Notes under the pieces: generated by a model
The model's input: the letters and a program-made list of their open reading frames with translations, nothing else
The model's database searches: none
Told to the model about the DNA's origin: nothing
Shown: one piece after another, positions 41,184 to 50,583 of the stretch
Layout: the number at the start of each line of letters is the position of its first letter
How positions within the stretch are numbered: the stretch's first letter is position 1
Position numbers and translations under genes: made by a program
DNA from: Candidatus Latescibacterota bacterium
GTDB lineage: Bacteria; Latescibacterota; UBA2968
Reading direction: 5' to 3'
NCBI GenBank assembly: GCA_965204375.1
Contig: OZ241986.1
Location: 3,968,001 to 4,032,000 of the forward strand
Length of the DNA stretch: 64,000 nt

Positions 41184-41603
41184 ATGGAGACTAAAGAAAC
41201 CGTAAAGGGGGGAAGAGCAGAAAAGTCTTTTCCCGCGTCCGTAGCTGAGGTTTTTGATAATGGCTATAAAATTGTGATCAACAGGGGGAGCGAACATGGT
41301 ATTAGAAAAAGCCAGAGATTCCAGATTTATGTTTTAAGTGAAGAAGAAATCATAGATCCTGTGAGTAGAGAGCCTTTAGGTCATTTGGAGATTGTAAAGG
41401 GTATTGGAAAGGTTGTTAATATTCAACCAAAAATGGCTACTTTGGAATCCATTCGGGAAAGTGTTACAATGGAACGAAGAATTGTGAAAAAAATAAATCC
41501 AATTTATTCAATTAAAGGTGATGAAGAAGAAACCATAATTCCCAAAACAAGACTGCTCCCCTTTGATGAACCTGAAGTCGGGGATAAAGTCAGACCGATC
41601 TAA
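41184..41603 (+). CDS. Hypothetical protein with FlgT-C-terminal-like beta-barrel
   Basis: VINRGSEHGI...EIIDPVSREPLG pattern; RBS GGAGG. Confidence 0.65.
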   Translation: METKETVKGGRAEKSFPASVAEVFDNGYKIVINRGSEHGIRKSQRFQIYVLSEEEIIDPVSREPLGHLEIVKGIGKVVNIQPKMATLESIRESVTMERRIVKKINPIYSIKGDEEETIIPKTRLLPFDEPEVGDKVRPI

Positions 41604-41615
41604 AAGTGAATCTAA

Positions 41616-43326
41616 CCTGAAAAATTCATAAAAAAGGTAGTTTCCTTATTCAAGTTATTGTATTATTATAGGTTATGGCAATAACCATTGAACAATAAAC
41701 TTGGAGGAAACTACCGTGGGTTCCCAAGATAATCATCACAAGGTTCCTTTGGCAAGCATTTTCGGCAAACGTGTCAATATCGCCTTTGATGGGGGCATCC
41801 TCACCAGTGATAGCGGCGCCTTATTGCTTCGAGAGGTGGAGGCCAGATCAGGTCTATTAGCACGCATCGGTGATGCCATCACGGATCGCCGGCATAAAAG
41901 TTATGTGGCTCATCGTGTGGCAGAGTTGATTAAACAGCGCGTGTTCCAGATTGCCTGCGGGTATGAAGATGCCAATGATTGCAATGCCTTACGCAGTGAT
42001 CCCGGCATCAAGGCTGCCTGTGGTGTCTTGCCCCTTTCAGGTGCCGACTTAGCCAGTCAACCGACGATGAGTCGTTTTGAGAACCAGATCAGGCGAAGCG
42101 AGTTGTATCGCATTGCCTGTGCCTTCCTCGATTGTTTTATCGCCTCTTATGCCCAGCCCCCTGCTGCGATTATCTTAGATATCGATGATACACAGGATAC
42201 AGTTTATGGGACACAGCAGTTGTCCCTATTCAATGGGTATTTGGGTGCCTATTGCTATCAGCCCTTGCACATTTATGAAGGACAAACCGGCAAGTTGATC
42301 ACCACAGTTTTGCGTCCCGGTGTGCGACCAACAGGCCAACAGATTGTCGCCATACTCAAGCGTTTGGTGGCCTATCTGCGTCAGGCTTGGCCTGATGTGG
42401 CGATCATCTTGCGGGGTGATGCCCACTTTTCTTGTCCACAAGTCCATCAGTTGTGTGCCGATAGTGACCTGTATTTTATCCTTGGACAGACCAGCAATGC
42501 GAAGTTGAGACAGTTGGCAAAGCCCCTGATTGAGCAGGCGAAAAGGCTTTATGCACATACAAAGAAGCCTGTGCGTCTTTTTACCTCGTTTTGCTATCAA
42601 GCAAAGAGTTGGAACAAGGCACAACGCATCGTATGCAAGGTAGAAATCAGTGACCGAGGCCAAAACACCCGCTTTGTCGTGACCAACCTTGAAAGTTCAC
42701 AAGCCTCCTTTATCTACCAAAGCGTGTATTGTGCGCGCGGACAGATGGAAAACTTCATTAAAAATCACAAAACCTTTCTCCACTCTGACCGCACATCCTG
42801 TCACAGCTTTACTGCCAATCAGTTCCGTCTCTTCCTCCATTCGGCTGCCTATGTCCTGATACAGACATTGGCGCAAATCGGATTGAAAGGCACAACGTGG
42901 ACAAACGCGCAGGTCAATACCATACAAAATCGCTTTCTCAAAGTCGCCGGACGCATCTGTGAATTGAAAACGAAGATTACGTTCCATTTGCCTGCGTCCT
43001 TTCCAGTGCAACATCTGTATCATAAAATCCTACACAATCTGGCAAAGGCTTTCCCCTAACGCAAAATACGGGGGAGGGGAGGCAGACACCATCACTTGCT
43101 GACTGGACACGACACATACACCGCCTTGTGCAAAGACGCGGCAGGCAAGGGGCGTGTCTGTCCTTTTTGCCAACCACAGGCACGCACACCCGATGAAATG
43201 GACCAAACAGACCCCTGTAAAGACCCAATCGAGTCCGACAAGAACAGAAAAACAATGAACGAGAGCTTGGAACACCGAAATGATTACATAATTATCCTAT
43301 TCTTCAACTTTCATGAATTAGTCGGG
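41616..43326 (+). mobile_element. IS1380-family insertion sequence, apparently complete (1711 bp)
   Basis: Imperfect terminal IRs CCTGAAAAATTCAT / CCCGACTAATTCAT (reverse complement); 4-bp target duplication CTAA at 41612-41615 and 43327-43330. Confidence 0.88.
41701..43059 (+). CDS. IS1380-family DDE transposase
   Basis: FDGGILTSDSG, GYEDANDC, LASQPTMSR, LDID, LRGD and YCARGQMEN motifs. Confidence 0.93.
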   Translation: MEETTVGSQDNHHKVPLASIFGKRVNIAFDGGILTSDSGALLLREVEARSGLLARIGDAITDRRHKSYVAHRVAELIKQRVFQIACGYEDANDCNALRSDPGIKAACGVLPLSGADLASQPTMSRFENQIRRSELYRIACAFLDCFIASYAQPPAAIILDIDDTQDTVYGTQQLSLFNGYLGAYCYQPLHIYEGQTGKLITTVLRPGVRPTGQQIVAILKRLVAYLRQAWPDVAIILRGDAHFSCPQVHQLCADSDLYFILGQTSNAKLRQLAKPLIEQAKRLYAHTKKPVRLFTSFCYQAKSWNKAQRIVCKVEISDRGQNTRFVVTNLESSQASFIYQSVYCARGQMENFIKNHKTFLHSDRTSCHSFTANQFRLFLHSAAYVLIQTLAQIGLKGTTWTNAQVNTIQNRFLKVAGRICELKTKITFHLPASFPVQHLYHKILHNLAKAFP

Positions 43327-43441
43327 CTAAGTAGTCACTCATGAGTTTTCTATTCTAAAAAAGATGAAATAGTATGGTCAAGTCCGCTAAAATCTCGGAG
43401 ATATTTACTGGATCATTGGAGAAAAAAAGGATCACTCATCA

Positions 43442-44509
43442 ATGAAATTTCAAAAATTACTTGCCGAATTTGAGAAGTTGCCTCCAACGCTCCAACGCGA
43501 CCCTACCACCCTGGAACTATCAGGCTATCCCCACCTTGAAAATGTTTACAGCAATATACTGGCTTTTTTCCTGGATCCCGAACGCGAACACGGTTTCGGG
43601 CCACTTTTTCTCGAATCGCTGCTGTCTGTCGCTAAATGCGAAGCGATACAAGATGGAGAAAAGGTAGAGGTCAACAGGGAAGAAATCACTGAAACCCGTA
43701 AGCAAATCGATCTGGTGATTTCTACGGACACACTCATTGTCGGCATAGAAAACAAAATCTATAATCCACTCCACAATGACTTCGAAGATTACGGGCGGCA
43801 TATCGCCAAAAGCGCTAACGGGCGGCGTGTATGCAAGATCCTTCTCGGATTGAAATGGAAGTTGCCGGAGGATGGCCGAGGGTTATCTGGCTTCAAGCCC
43901 ATTACCTATCAAGATTACTTTGACGAGGTACTTCAGCAAATTGGTCCTACTCTTATAGGGTCAAGTGATCGCTATCTGCAATTCGCACTGGAAGTGATTG
44001 AGACCGTAAAACACCTGACAGAGGGCAGTGCCATGAAGCCAGAAATGCTAGCTTTTTTTCAGAAAAACGAGGAAGGCGTCAACTCCCTGTTGCAGAAAGT
44101 AAAGAATCTCAAGGATGAGATGCGTAATCGCGTCAAGGACCTCAGGACAGCTTTTACACCTGACTGTCCGAACATCGCTGTTTACCTATGGCGGCAAAAT
44201 CACAAGCTTCGCGATTCTGTGTGGTATCAAATAAAAATTGAGGATGGTTTTACTCTTGAGATATATACTTTCATTTCTCCAAAAGGATGGAGAATTAAAG
44301 TCCTCACTACAGAAGGGAATTTCCAACGAGTAAAGTCTTGGTTAGAGGAGAGGCAAGGGGGCAATTGGAGAAAAGAGGAAGAAGAAGGCTATCGGTATCA
44401 ATCCGATCCATCCCCTGACCTTCCGTACAACACAGATATAAATAAAGTCGTTGAACGAGTAAAACCACTGATCAAAAGTGCGATGAATTACTTCTCTCCA
44501 TCCCTATAA
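43442..44509 (+). CDS. PD-(D/E)XK nuclease superfamily protein
   Basis: ENVYSNILAFFLDP..HG, QIDL and IENKI motifs. Confidence 0.8.
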   Translation: MKFQKLLAEFEKLPPTLQRDPTTLELSGYPHLENVYSNILAFFLDPEREHGFGPLFLESLLSVAKCEAIQDGEKVEVNREEITETRKQIDLVISTDTLIVGIENKIYNPLHNDFEDYGRHIAKSANGRRVCKILLGLKWKLPEDGRGLSGFKPITYQDYFDEVLQQIGPTLIGSSDRYLQFALEVIETVKHLTEGSAMKPEMLAFFQKNEEGVNSLLQKVKNLKDEMRNRVKDLRTAFTPDCPNIAVYLWRQNHKLRDSVWYQIKIEDGFTLEIYTFISPKGWRIKVLTTEGNFQRVKSWLEERQGGNWRKEEEEGYRYQSDPSPDLPYNTDINKVVERVKPLIKSAMNYFSPSL

Positions 44510-44608
44510 CTCCCTAAACAAGACTGCTTGGAGGCATATGGTTCAAGACGCTATGGGCGGTACATCAATAAGACTGATTAGATAGTTCCACCGCAGCCTA
44601 TATTTTCC

Positions 44609-45899
44609 TTGACTTAACAAACCATTTTGTGGAAAGTCAAAAGGGCGTGTAATGGCATATCTTACGTATAAGTACAAGCTGTATAGCCGTTGTGACCGCA
44701 ACAGGTATATCCATCAAGACATAGACGCTTTTGCAGGCGTGTATAACCACTTCATTGGGTTGCACAAGCGGTATTATCGGCGATTTAAGAAGTATCCAAG
44801 CAAATTCACTCTGATTAAGCACCTGACAAAGCTGAAAAAGACAGCGCGTTTTTCCCGCTGGCGTTTGTTGCCATCCCAAGCATTGCAGAATGTGATAGAA
44901 CGCATAGATTTTGGGTATCAGAAGTTCTTTGACAGAGAGAACAAGCGACCGCCTAAGTTTCGGTCTCGGTTCAGGTATCAGTCCTATACGCTGAAACAAG
45001 CAGGCTATGCGTTCTTGGATGGTAACAAAATTCAAATCGGCTTTGGTTTGTGTGGCACAATCAAGCGTATATTCAGGTATCACAAGAGTAGAGACTTCGA
45101 TAGAGAAAGTGTAAAGACAGTCACAATCAAACGTGACCGTGTAGGCGATTTGTGGTTATGTGTTGTTGCGAAGGCAGAAAGTTTCAAGTTGAGCATTGCC
45201 AAGACAGGTAAAACCGCAGGCTTTGACTTCGGCTTGAAAACATACTTGACTGCCTCTGACAATACACGGATGCAATCGCCTCAGTTTTTCAAACGCAACG
45301 CAAGGATGATCAAAAAGGCCAACCAGCAACTGTCCCGCAAGCAGAACGGCAGCAACAATCGTCACAGAGCAAGAAGCAACCTTGCCAGCGTGCATAGACG
45401 TGTTGCCAATCAACGCAGGAACTACCATTGGCAACTTGCCCATCACCTTTGCAAGCAATACGATGCCATGTATTTTGAGACGCTAAATATCAAGGCTATG
45501 CAAAGACTGTGGGGTAGAAAAATCAGTGACCTCGGCTTTTTTGACTTCTTGGCCATCCTCAAGTATGTCGCAGAAAAGACAGGCAAAGAATTTGAGCAAA
45601 TTGACAAATGGTTGCCAACGTCAAAGACGTGCTCTGCCTGTGGCAAGGTTAAAGAAAAACTTGCGTTGCGAGAAAGAATCTTTCGTTGTGGCTGTGGGCA
45701 TGTCATGGATAGAGACCTCAACGCAGCGATAAACATTCACAGGTGGGGACGTCCACCTTTGGAGGAGGCGACGTAAGACATAGCTCGTACAGTATGCTAT
45801 CGCTTTTGATACCACAATCCCTAACTGAAGCTACGGACTTAAGCACGCGCAAGCATGCCGTAGGCACATCCAAATGCTTTAGCTTTGGGAGTACGTCAA
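44609..45899 (+). mobile_element. Non-autonomous IS200/IS605-type element (tnpB only)
   Basis: Left hairpin TTGACTT...AAGTCAA at 44609-44640; right end ...TTTAGCTTTGGGAGTACGTCAA at 45899; the exact left boundary is uncertain. Confidence 0.7.
44652..45776 (+). CDS. tnpB: RNA-guided endonuclease TnpB
   Basis: RuvC D (GFDFG), E (FETLN) and D (DRDLNAA); zinc ribbon CSAC..CGC. Confidence 0.93.
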   Translation: MAYLTYKYKLYSRCDRNRYIHQDIDAFAGVYNHFIGLHKRYYRRFKKYPSKFTLIKHLTKLKKTARFSRWRLLPSQALQNVIERIDFGYQKFFDRENKRPPKFRSRFRYQSYTLKQAGYAFLDGNKIQIGFGLCGTIKRIFRYHKSRDFDRESVKTVTIKRDRVGDLWLCVVAKAESFKLSIAKTGKTAGFDFGLKTYLTASDNTRMQSPQFFKRNARMIKKANQQLSRKQNGSNNRHRARSNLASVHRRVANQRRNYHWQLAHHLCKQYDAMYFETLNIKAMQRLWGRKISDLGFFDFLAILKYVAEKTGKEFEQIDKWLPTSKTCSACGKVKEKLALRERIFRCGCGHVMDRDLNAAINIHRWGRPPLEEAT

Positions 45900-45919
45900 T
45901 TTTCTTTACATACAGCCCT
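45740..45919 (+). ncRNA. Putative TnpB omegaRNA (scaffold plus flank-derived guide)
   Basis: Position at the tnpB 3' end through the TCAA right end; boundaries inferred from family knowledge. Confidence 0.55.
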
Positions 45920-45933
45920 TTTTTGCATATTAT
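45905..45933 (+). promoter_or_regulatory. Sigma-70-type promoter
   Basis: TTTACA-N17-TATTAT upstream of ORF 45977. Confidence 0.5.
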
Positions 45934-45976
45934 TCCACGCTCTACAAAGATCTGTATCACCCCAACAGGAGATCGC

Positions 45977-46264
45977 ATGATGGCCGCCAAAATCTCGGAA
46001 ATATTCACCGAATACGAAGAAGCGAACAAAGACCTGGAACCCACCACCAGCAGGCTGGATACCGAACAAGAAATCCCGGTGGAAAAATATTGCTGCATCA
46101 CGGGTGAAGTGGTAAAATCGAGCTTTTGCCGTTATCCCGACGAAAAAGAAGACACCATGATGGTCATGTCAAAAGAGCAGATGCTATTGCACTCCCGCAA
46201 TGGTGGCAATATTTCACAGATATTTAAACAAGTATTGGCACTTCGCAGAAAACGGGAACAGTAA
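45977..46264 (+). CDS. Small hypothetical protein
   Basis: RBS AGGAG; 95 aa; CCITG motif. Confidence 0.6.
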   Translation: MMAAKISEIFTEYEEANKDLEPTTSRLDTEQEIPVEKYCCITGEVVKSSFCRYPDEKEDTMMVMSKEQMLLHSRNGGNISQIFKQVLALRRKREQ

Positions 46265-46308
46265 GAAACGCCCCATCGCGGTTTCTATCCCCTCACCCCT
46301 TTCGAGAA

Positions 46309-47193
46309 ATGCGCGTGAAAGACGGCGTTTTGAAATACGGCTTTGTGGGTCCAGCACTGATCTTTCTGATCGCGTTTAACATCTTTCCCCTCTTTTACAA
46401 CATCTACCTCAGCTTTACCGATGCCGAACTCAGTGGCGGCATTACACGGCTCATAGGTGGGCGCAACTACGGCGTCATCTTTGACGACACGCGCTATGGC
46501 ACTGCCCTTCGCACCACCGGACTATTCGTGGTCCTGGCAGTCGCGACCGAACTCCTTCTCGGCTTTGCCCTCGCCCTCGCCCTTCAAAAACCCTTCTGGG
46601 GCAAACCCACCATCACCACCATACTCCTGGTACCCATGATGCTATCCCCCGCAGTCATGGGCCTGTACTGGAACTTTATCCTCAATGGTCACTACGGCGT
46701 CGTCAACCAGGCACTATCCGTCTTTGGCCTCTACCAACCGCAATGGCTGACCGACCCCGACTTGAAACTCTTCTCCATCCTGATGATCGACATCTGGATG
46801 TGGACGCCCTTTATGATGCTCATCGCCCTTGCCGGCCTCAATGCCATTCCCTACCACCTCTACGAAGCCGCGGCCATTGATCGGGCATCCAGATGGACCG
46901 TCTTTCGGCGCATCACCCTACCCCTGTGCTCCCCCCTGCTCTTTCTCGCGGTCTTGTTGCGCACCACAGATGCCCTCAAACAATTTGACCTCGTCATGGC
47001 CGTCACGGGACCCAATGATCGCGCGACCCAAACCTTGAGTGCCCTCCTCTATCAAGTCATGTTTCGCGGATATAAAATCGGACTGGGCAGCTCTTACAGC
47101 ATCGTCATCCTCCTCATCGTCATCGCACTCGCAACTATTTTCATCCGATACATCGCCAGCATCCAGGCAAAACAGGGGAGGGAAAACGCGTGA
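46309..47193 (+). CDS. Carbohydrate ABC transporter permease (MalF-like)
   Basis: Multiple TM helices; EAAAIDRAS EAA loop. Confidence 0.92.
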   Translation: MRVKDGVLKYGFVGPALIFLIAFNIFPLFYNIYLSFTDAELSGGITRLIGGRNYGVIFDDTRYGTALRTTGLFVVLAVATELLLGFALALALQKPFWGKPTITTILLVPMMLSPAVMGLYWNFILNGHYGVVNQALSVFGLYQPQWLTDPDLKLFSILMIDIWMWTPFMMLIALAGLNAIPYHLYEAAAIDRASRWTVFRRITLPLCSPLLFLAVLLRTTDALKQFDLVMAVTGPNDRATQTLSALLYQVMFRGYKIGLGSSYSIVILLIVIALATIFIRYIASIQAKQGRENA

Positions 47194-48053
47194 AGAACTT
47201 GAGATGGCTCGTCATCATCCCGTATTTTGGTCTCGCCACACTGCCCCTGTGCTGGCTCTTCCTCACCTCCTTGAAAACGCAGGAAGCAGCGATCAGCCCC
47301 ACAGCCTCCCTCATGCCAACCACCACTGAAAACATCGCGCCCGGAGGCCTGAGTTTCTCAGCCACATTAGACGCCTATCGCAAACTGGCAACACCACACA
47401 CGGGCAAAGCACACGCATTTTTTCACTACCTCTTCAACAGCGTCATCATCGGCCTGCTCAGCACCCTTGCATCGGTCGTCCTCGGAACCGGCTGCGCGTA
47501 TGGATTTAGCCGATTTCGCATCGCAGGTGCCCGGGACTGGCTGTTCTTCATCCTCTCGACCCGCTTCCTGCCCCCACTCGCCGTCGTAGTCCCCGTACTG
47601 ATGATGTACCGCGTCTTCAATCTGCCCAACACACACCTGGGCCTCATCCTGCTCTACACGGCATTTAACCTCTCGCTCGCAGTCTGGTTGATGAAGGGAT
47701 TCATAGACGAAATCCCCCGGGCGTATGAAGAAGCCGCGCTCGTCGATGGATACAGCCCACTTCAAGCATTTTACAAAATCATCTTACCCCACTCTGCAAC
47801 CGGCATGGCTGTTACCGCCGTCTTCTGTCTCATATCCGCCTGGAATGAATACGGCTTTGCGCTCGCGCTCAACAACGCCGAAGCCGTCACCGTACCCGTC
47901 TATTTTGCCGGACTTCAGGGCAACATCCAGGGCATTCCCTGGCCGCAGATTGCCGCGGGCGTCCTCATCTTTGTCGTGCCAATAGTAATCTTCACAGTAC
48001 TCGTCCGCAATCATCTGCTGCGGGGCGTGACATTTGGAACAATTAAACAGTGA
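47190..48053 (+). CDS. Carbohydrate ABC transporter permease (MalG-like)
   Basis: EEAALVDG and AWNEY motifs. Confidence 0.92.
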   Translation: MKNLRWLVIIPYFGLATLPLCWLFLTSLKTQEAAISPTASLMPTTTENIAPGGLSFSATLDAYRKLATPHTGKAHAFFHYLFNSVIIGLLSTLASVVLGTGCAYGFSRFRIAGARDWLFFILSTRFLPPLAVVVPVLMMYRVFNLPNTHLGLILLYTAFNLSLAVWLMKGFIDEIPRAYEEAALVDGYSPLQAFYKIILPHSATGMAVTAVFCLISAWNEYGFALALNNAEAVTVPVYFAGLQGNIQGIPWPQIAAGVLIFVVPIVIFTVLVRNHLLRGVTFGTIKQ

Positions 48054-49114
48054 TCATGCCATTTCTCGAACTTCAAAACCTCCAAAAAACCTACCCCGAC
48101 GGCACGCGGGCAGTCAGGGGTATTGACCTGCAAGTTGACAAAGGGGAATTTATCGTCCTCCTGGGTCCCTCGGGATGTGGAAAAACAACCACATTGCGGA
48201 TGATCGCGGGACTGGAAGATCCAACCGGCGGACAGATCACCCTCGACAACCAGAACGTCACACATCTGCCGCCATCTCAGCGCGACGTGGGATTTGTCTT
48301 CCAATTTTACGCGCTCTACCCGCACATGACCGTCCGAAAAAACATCGCCTTTCCACTCGAAAACATCGGCACAGCCCCCGCAGATATCAAAGCGGCAATA
48401 GACCGCGTTACACGCGCCCTGGGGATCGAAACATTACTCACCCAATACCCCAGACAACTTTCAGGCGGTGATCAACAGCGCGTCTCTCTCGCCCGCGCCA
48501 TGGTACGCACACCGGATATCTATCTCATGGACGAACCCCTGGGCACACTCGACGCAGAACACCGGTTGGAACTCAGAGCATTTATACGCCGTCAACAACT
48601 ATCACTCTCCATAACTGCCATCTACGTCACACACGACCAGGAAGAAGCCATGAGCCTATCAGATCGCATTGTCGTCATGGACGGCGGCAAAATCAGACAA
48701 ATCGGGACCCCATCAGAAATCTACAACCATCCAGCAGATCTCTTTGTCGCAAACTTTGTCGGCAGCCCGGGAATGAATCTATTAACCGGACAAATTGTGC
48801 AACGCGAGGACAGCCTAACGTTTACCCGTCCGGATACAGACATTCACATCCCCATCCACGCGAACATCGCGCCCGCGCAAGTCATCTTTGGCATGCGTCC
48901 TGAATTTATCCGCCCTACCAACCGCGGCATACCTGGCAAAGTCATCCTCAGCGAATACCTCGGCAGCCACGGTTACGTGCACGTAGATACCCCAATAGGC
49001 GAACTAATCACGCGCTCAACCGACCGCTTTGCCATCGGAGAAACAATCCACCTGCACCTGAATGAAGAACACATTCGCCTATTCGATCCAGACACGGAAA
49101 CAGCCCTCGTATGA
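48050..49114 (+). CDS. Carbohydrate ABC transporter ATP-binding protein
   Basis: GPSGCGKT, LSGGD, DEP and VTHDQ motifs. Confidence 0.93.
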   Translation: MIMPFLELQNLQKTYPDGTRAVRGIDLQVDKGEFIVLLGPSGCGKTTTLRMIAGLEDPTGGQITLDNQNVTHLPPSQRDVGFVFQFYALYPHMTVRKNIAFPLENIGTAPADIKAAIDRVTRALGIETLLTQYPRQLSGGDQQRVSLARAMVRTPDIYLMDEPLGTLDAEHRLELRAFIRRQQLSLSITAIYVTHDQEEAMSLSDRIVVMDGGKIRQIGTPSEIYNHPADLFVANFVGSPGMNLLTGQIVQREDSLTFTRPDTDIHIPIHANIAPAQVIFGMRPEFIRPTNRGIPGKVILSEYLGSHGYVHVDTPIGELITRSTDRFAIGETIHLHLNEEHIRLFDPDTETALV

Positions 49115-50163
49115 ATGCCTCATTTCTCAAAATAGATAACCTGTCCAAAAATTATGGCGAAATCCGGGCACTCTCGGAAATCTCGCTCTCTCTTCACGCC
49201 GAAGAACTCCTCGTCGTCCTGGGCCCAACGGGTGCGGGCAAAACAACGCTCTTGCGCATCATCGCGGGCCTCGAAACAGCGGATACCGGGCGTATAACCG
49301 TCAACGGCACAGACATAATCCATCAGCTACCCGCAGAACGCGACATCGCCCTCGTCTTTCAGAACTTCTCACTCTACCCCAACAAAACCGTGCGCCAGAA
49401 CCTCGCATTTCCACTCCAGGCACCCGGACGCAAACTCTCCAAAGAAGAAATAGCAAACAGAATTTCCCACACCGCCGACCTGCTTCGCATAACCCCGCTT
49501 TTGGACCGACCTGCCACGCACCTGTCCGGCGGCGAAATGCAGCGCGTCGCAATCGGGCGCGCCATCGTGCGCCAACCCCAACTCTTTCTCCTGGACGAAC
49601 CCCTCACCAACCTGGATGCAAAATTGCGCGAAGTATTGCGCGTCGAACTCATCCGCCTCCAGCGCGACCTGGGCACACCCATGATTTACGTCACCCACGA
49701 CCGGGTAGAAGCCCTCTCAATGGGCGACCGAATCGCCGTATTGTCCGAAGGGAAAATCCTGCAAATCGGTTCCCCCGAAGAAATCTACCAGCAACCCAAT
49801 TCTCCGACCGTCGCCCGTCAACTCGGCTACCCCCCCATCAACACCATAGACGTCCACAAACAGCAAAACCAATGGTTCACAGCCTCGAATCAGCCCATCA
49901 CAACCGCAGACCGAAACGCCCCTTCAAACGCCACCCTCGGCATCCGTGCGGAAAATATTTCACCCAATGGAGGCAAAATCCCCGCGACCATCGAAGTCGT
50001 CGAAGACCTCGGCGCATCGACCATCTTGCTCGCAGACTGGGCGGGACTACCCATCCAGATCTTGACATCCGGCGAGCAACAATGGCGCGTTGGAGATGAA
50101 ATATACCCGTCTATTGATCCGGATCGCGTATTGGTGTGGGGAACCACCGATGAACAGGGATGA
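49111..50163 (+). CDS. Second carbohydrate ABC transporter ATP-binding protein
   Basis: GPTGAGKT, LSGGE, DEP and VTHD motifs. Confidence 0.93.
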   Translation: MNASFLKIDNLSKNYGEIRALSEISLSLHAEELLVVLGPTGAGKTTLLRIIAGLETADTGRITVNGTDIIHQLPAERDIALVFQNFSLYPNKTVRQNLAFPLQAPGRKLSKEEIANRISHTADLLRITPLLDRPATHLSGGEMQRVAIGRAIVRQPQLFLLDEPLTNLDAKLREVLRVELIRLQRDLGTPMIYVTHDRVEALSMGDRIAVLSEGKILQIGSPEEIYQQPNSPTVARQLGYPPINTIDVHKQQNQWFTASNQPITTADRNAPSNATLGIRAENISPNGGKIPATIEVVEDLGASTILLADWAGLPIQILTSGEQQWRVGDEIYPSIDPDRVLVWGTTDEQG

Positions 50164-50315
50164 AAACCCGTAGAGCAGGCGAGGACCTGCATCGCAATTA
50201 TACAATCGTTTGTCGTATAAAGTGAAAAAAGTGAAAAAATCTGATATACGAGCAATAATTCTAATATATGAGCAATCTTTTATAGTTGGAATTACAGACG
50301 CGATGGTATTATCAT

Positions 50316-50393
50316 AAAAAAGCCGCTAACAAGACTCGGCAAAGTCATCTGTCAGCGGCGGTGAATATCTCAAGCTGATAACTTGAGAAGACC
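50316..50393 (-). ncRNA. Candidate ~80-nt structured small RNA or leader
   Basis: Downstream of a consensus promoter; two hairpins, the second followed by U6. Confidence 0.45.
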
Positions 50394-50398
50394 AAACC

Positions 50399-50427
50399 AA
50401 AGTAACGACCCGAAGCGCGATTGTCAA
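50399..50427 (-). promoter_or_regulatory. Sigma-70-type promoter TTGACA-N17-TACTTT
   Basis: Plus-strand TGTCAA at 50422-50427 and AAAGTA at 50399-50404. Confidence 0.6.
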
Positions 50428-50439
50428 TACAAAGTAAAA

Positions 50440-50487
50440 GAACAAAATGTTCAATCGAAAAGTGAAAAGTGAACAATGTGTTCACTT
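50440..50487. promoter_or_regulatory. Paired palindromes GAACA-N3-TGTTC (putative enhancer/UAS)
   Basis: Copies at 50440-50452 and 50471-50483, 31 bp apart; the second extends to AAGTGAACA-ATG-TGTTCACTT. Confidence 0.55.
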
Positions 50488-50583
50488 CTCAATTCGATAT
50501 TCAGCCTAACTTTTACTCGACAATAATATCTATGCGAAGTAAAAATAATGACTTACAAATATTATAATTCTAAAAGTTCACAT

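Noticed and set aside
44652-45776. TnpB as a Cas12f or a nuclease-dead TldR
   Set aside because: No CRISPR array, IS-type ends are present, and all RuvC acidic residues are retained
49890-50255. 121-aa minus-strand ORF as the gene controlled by the 50427 promoter
   Set aside because: Mostly antisense to the ABC ATPase, no RBS or motif, and located after the terminator
50440-50487. Palindromes as Gram-positive LexA (GAAC-N4-GTTC) boxes
   Set aside because: Spacing is GAAC-N5-GTTC; position fits a sigma-54 enhancer better
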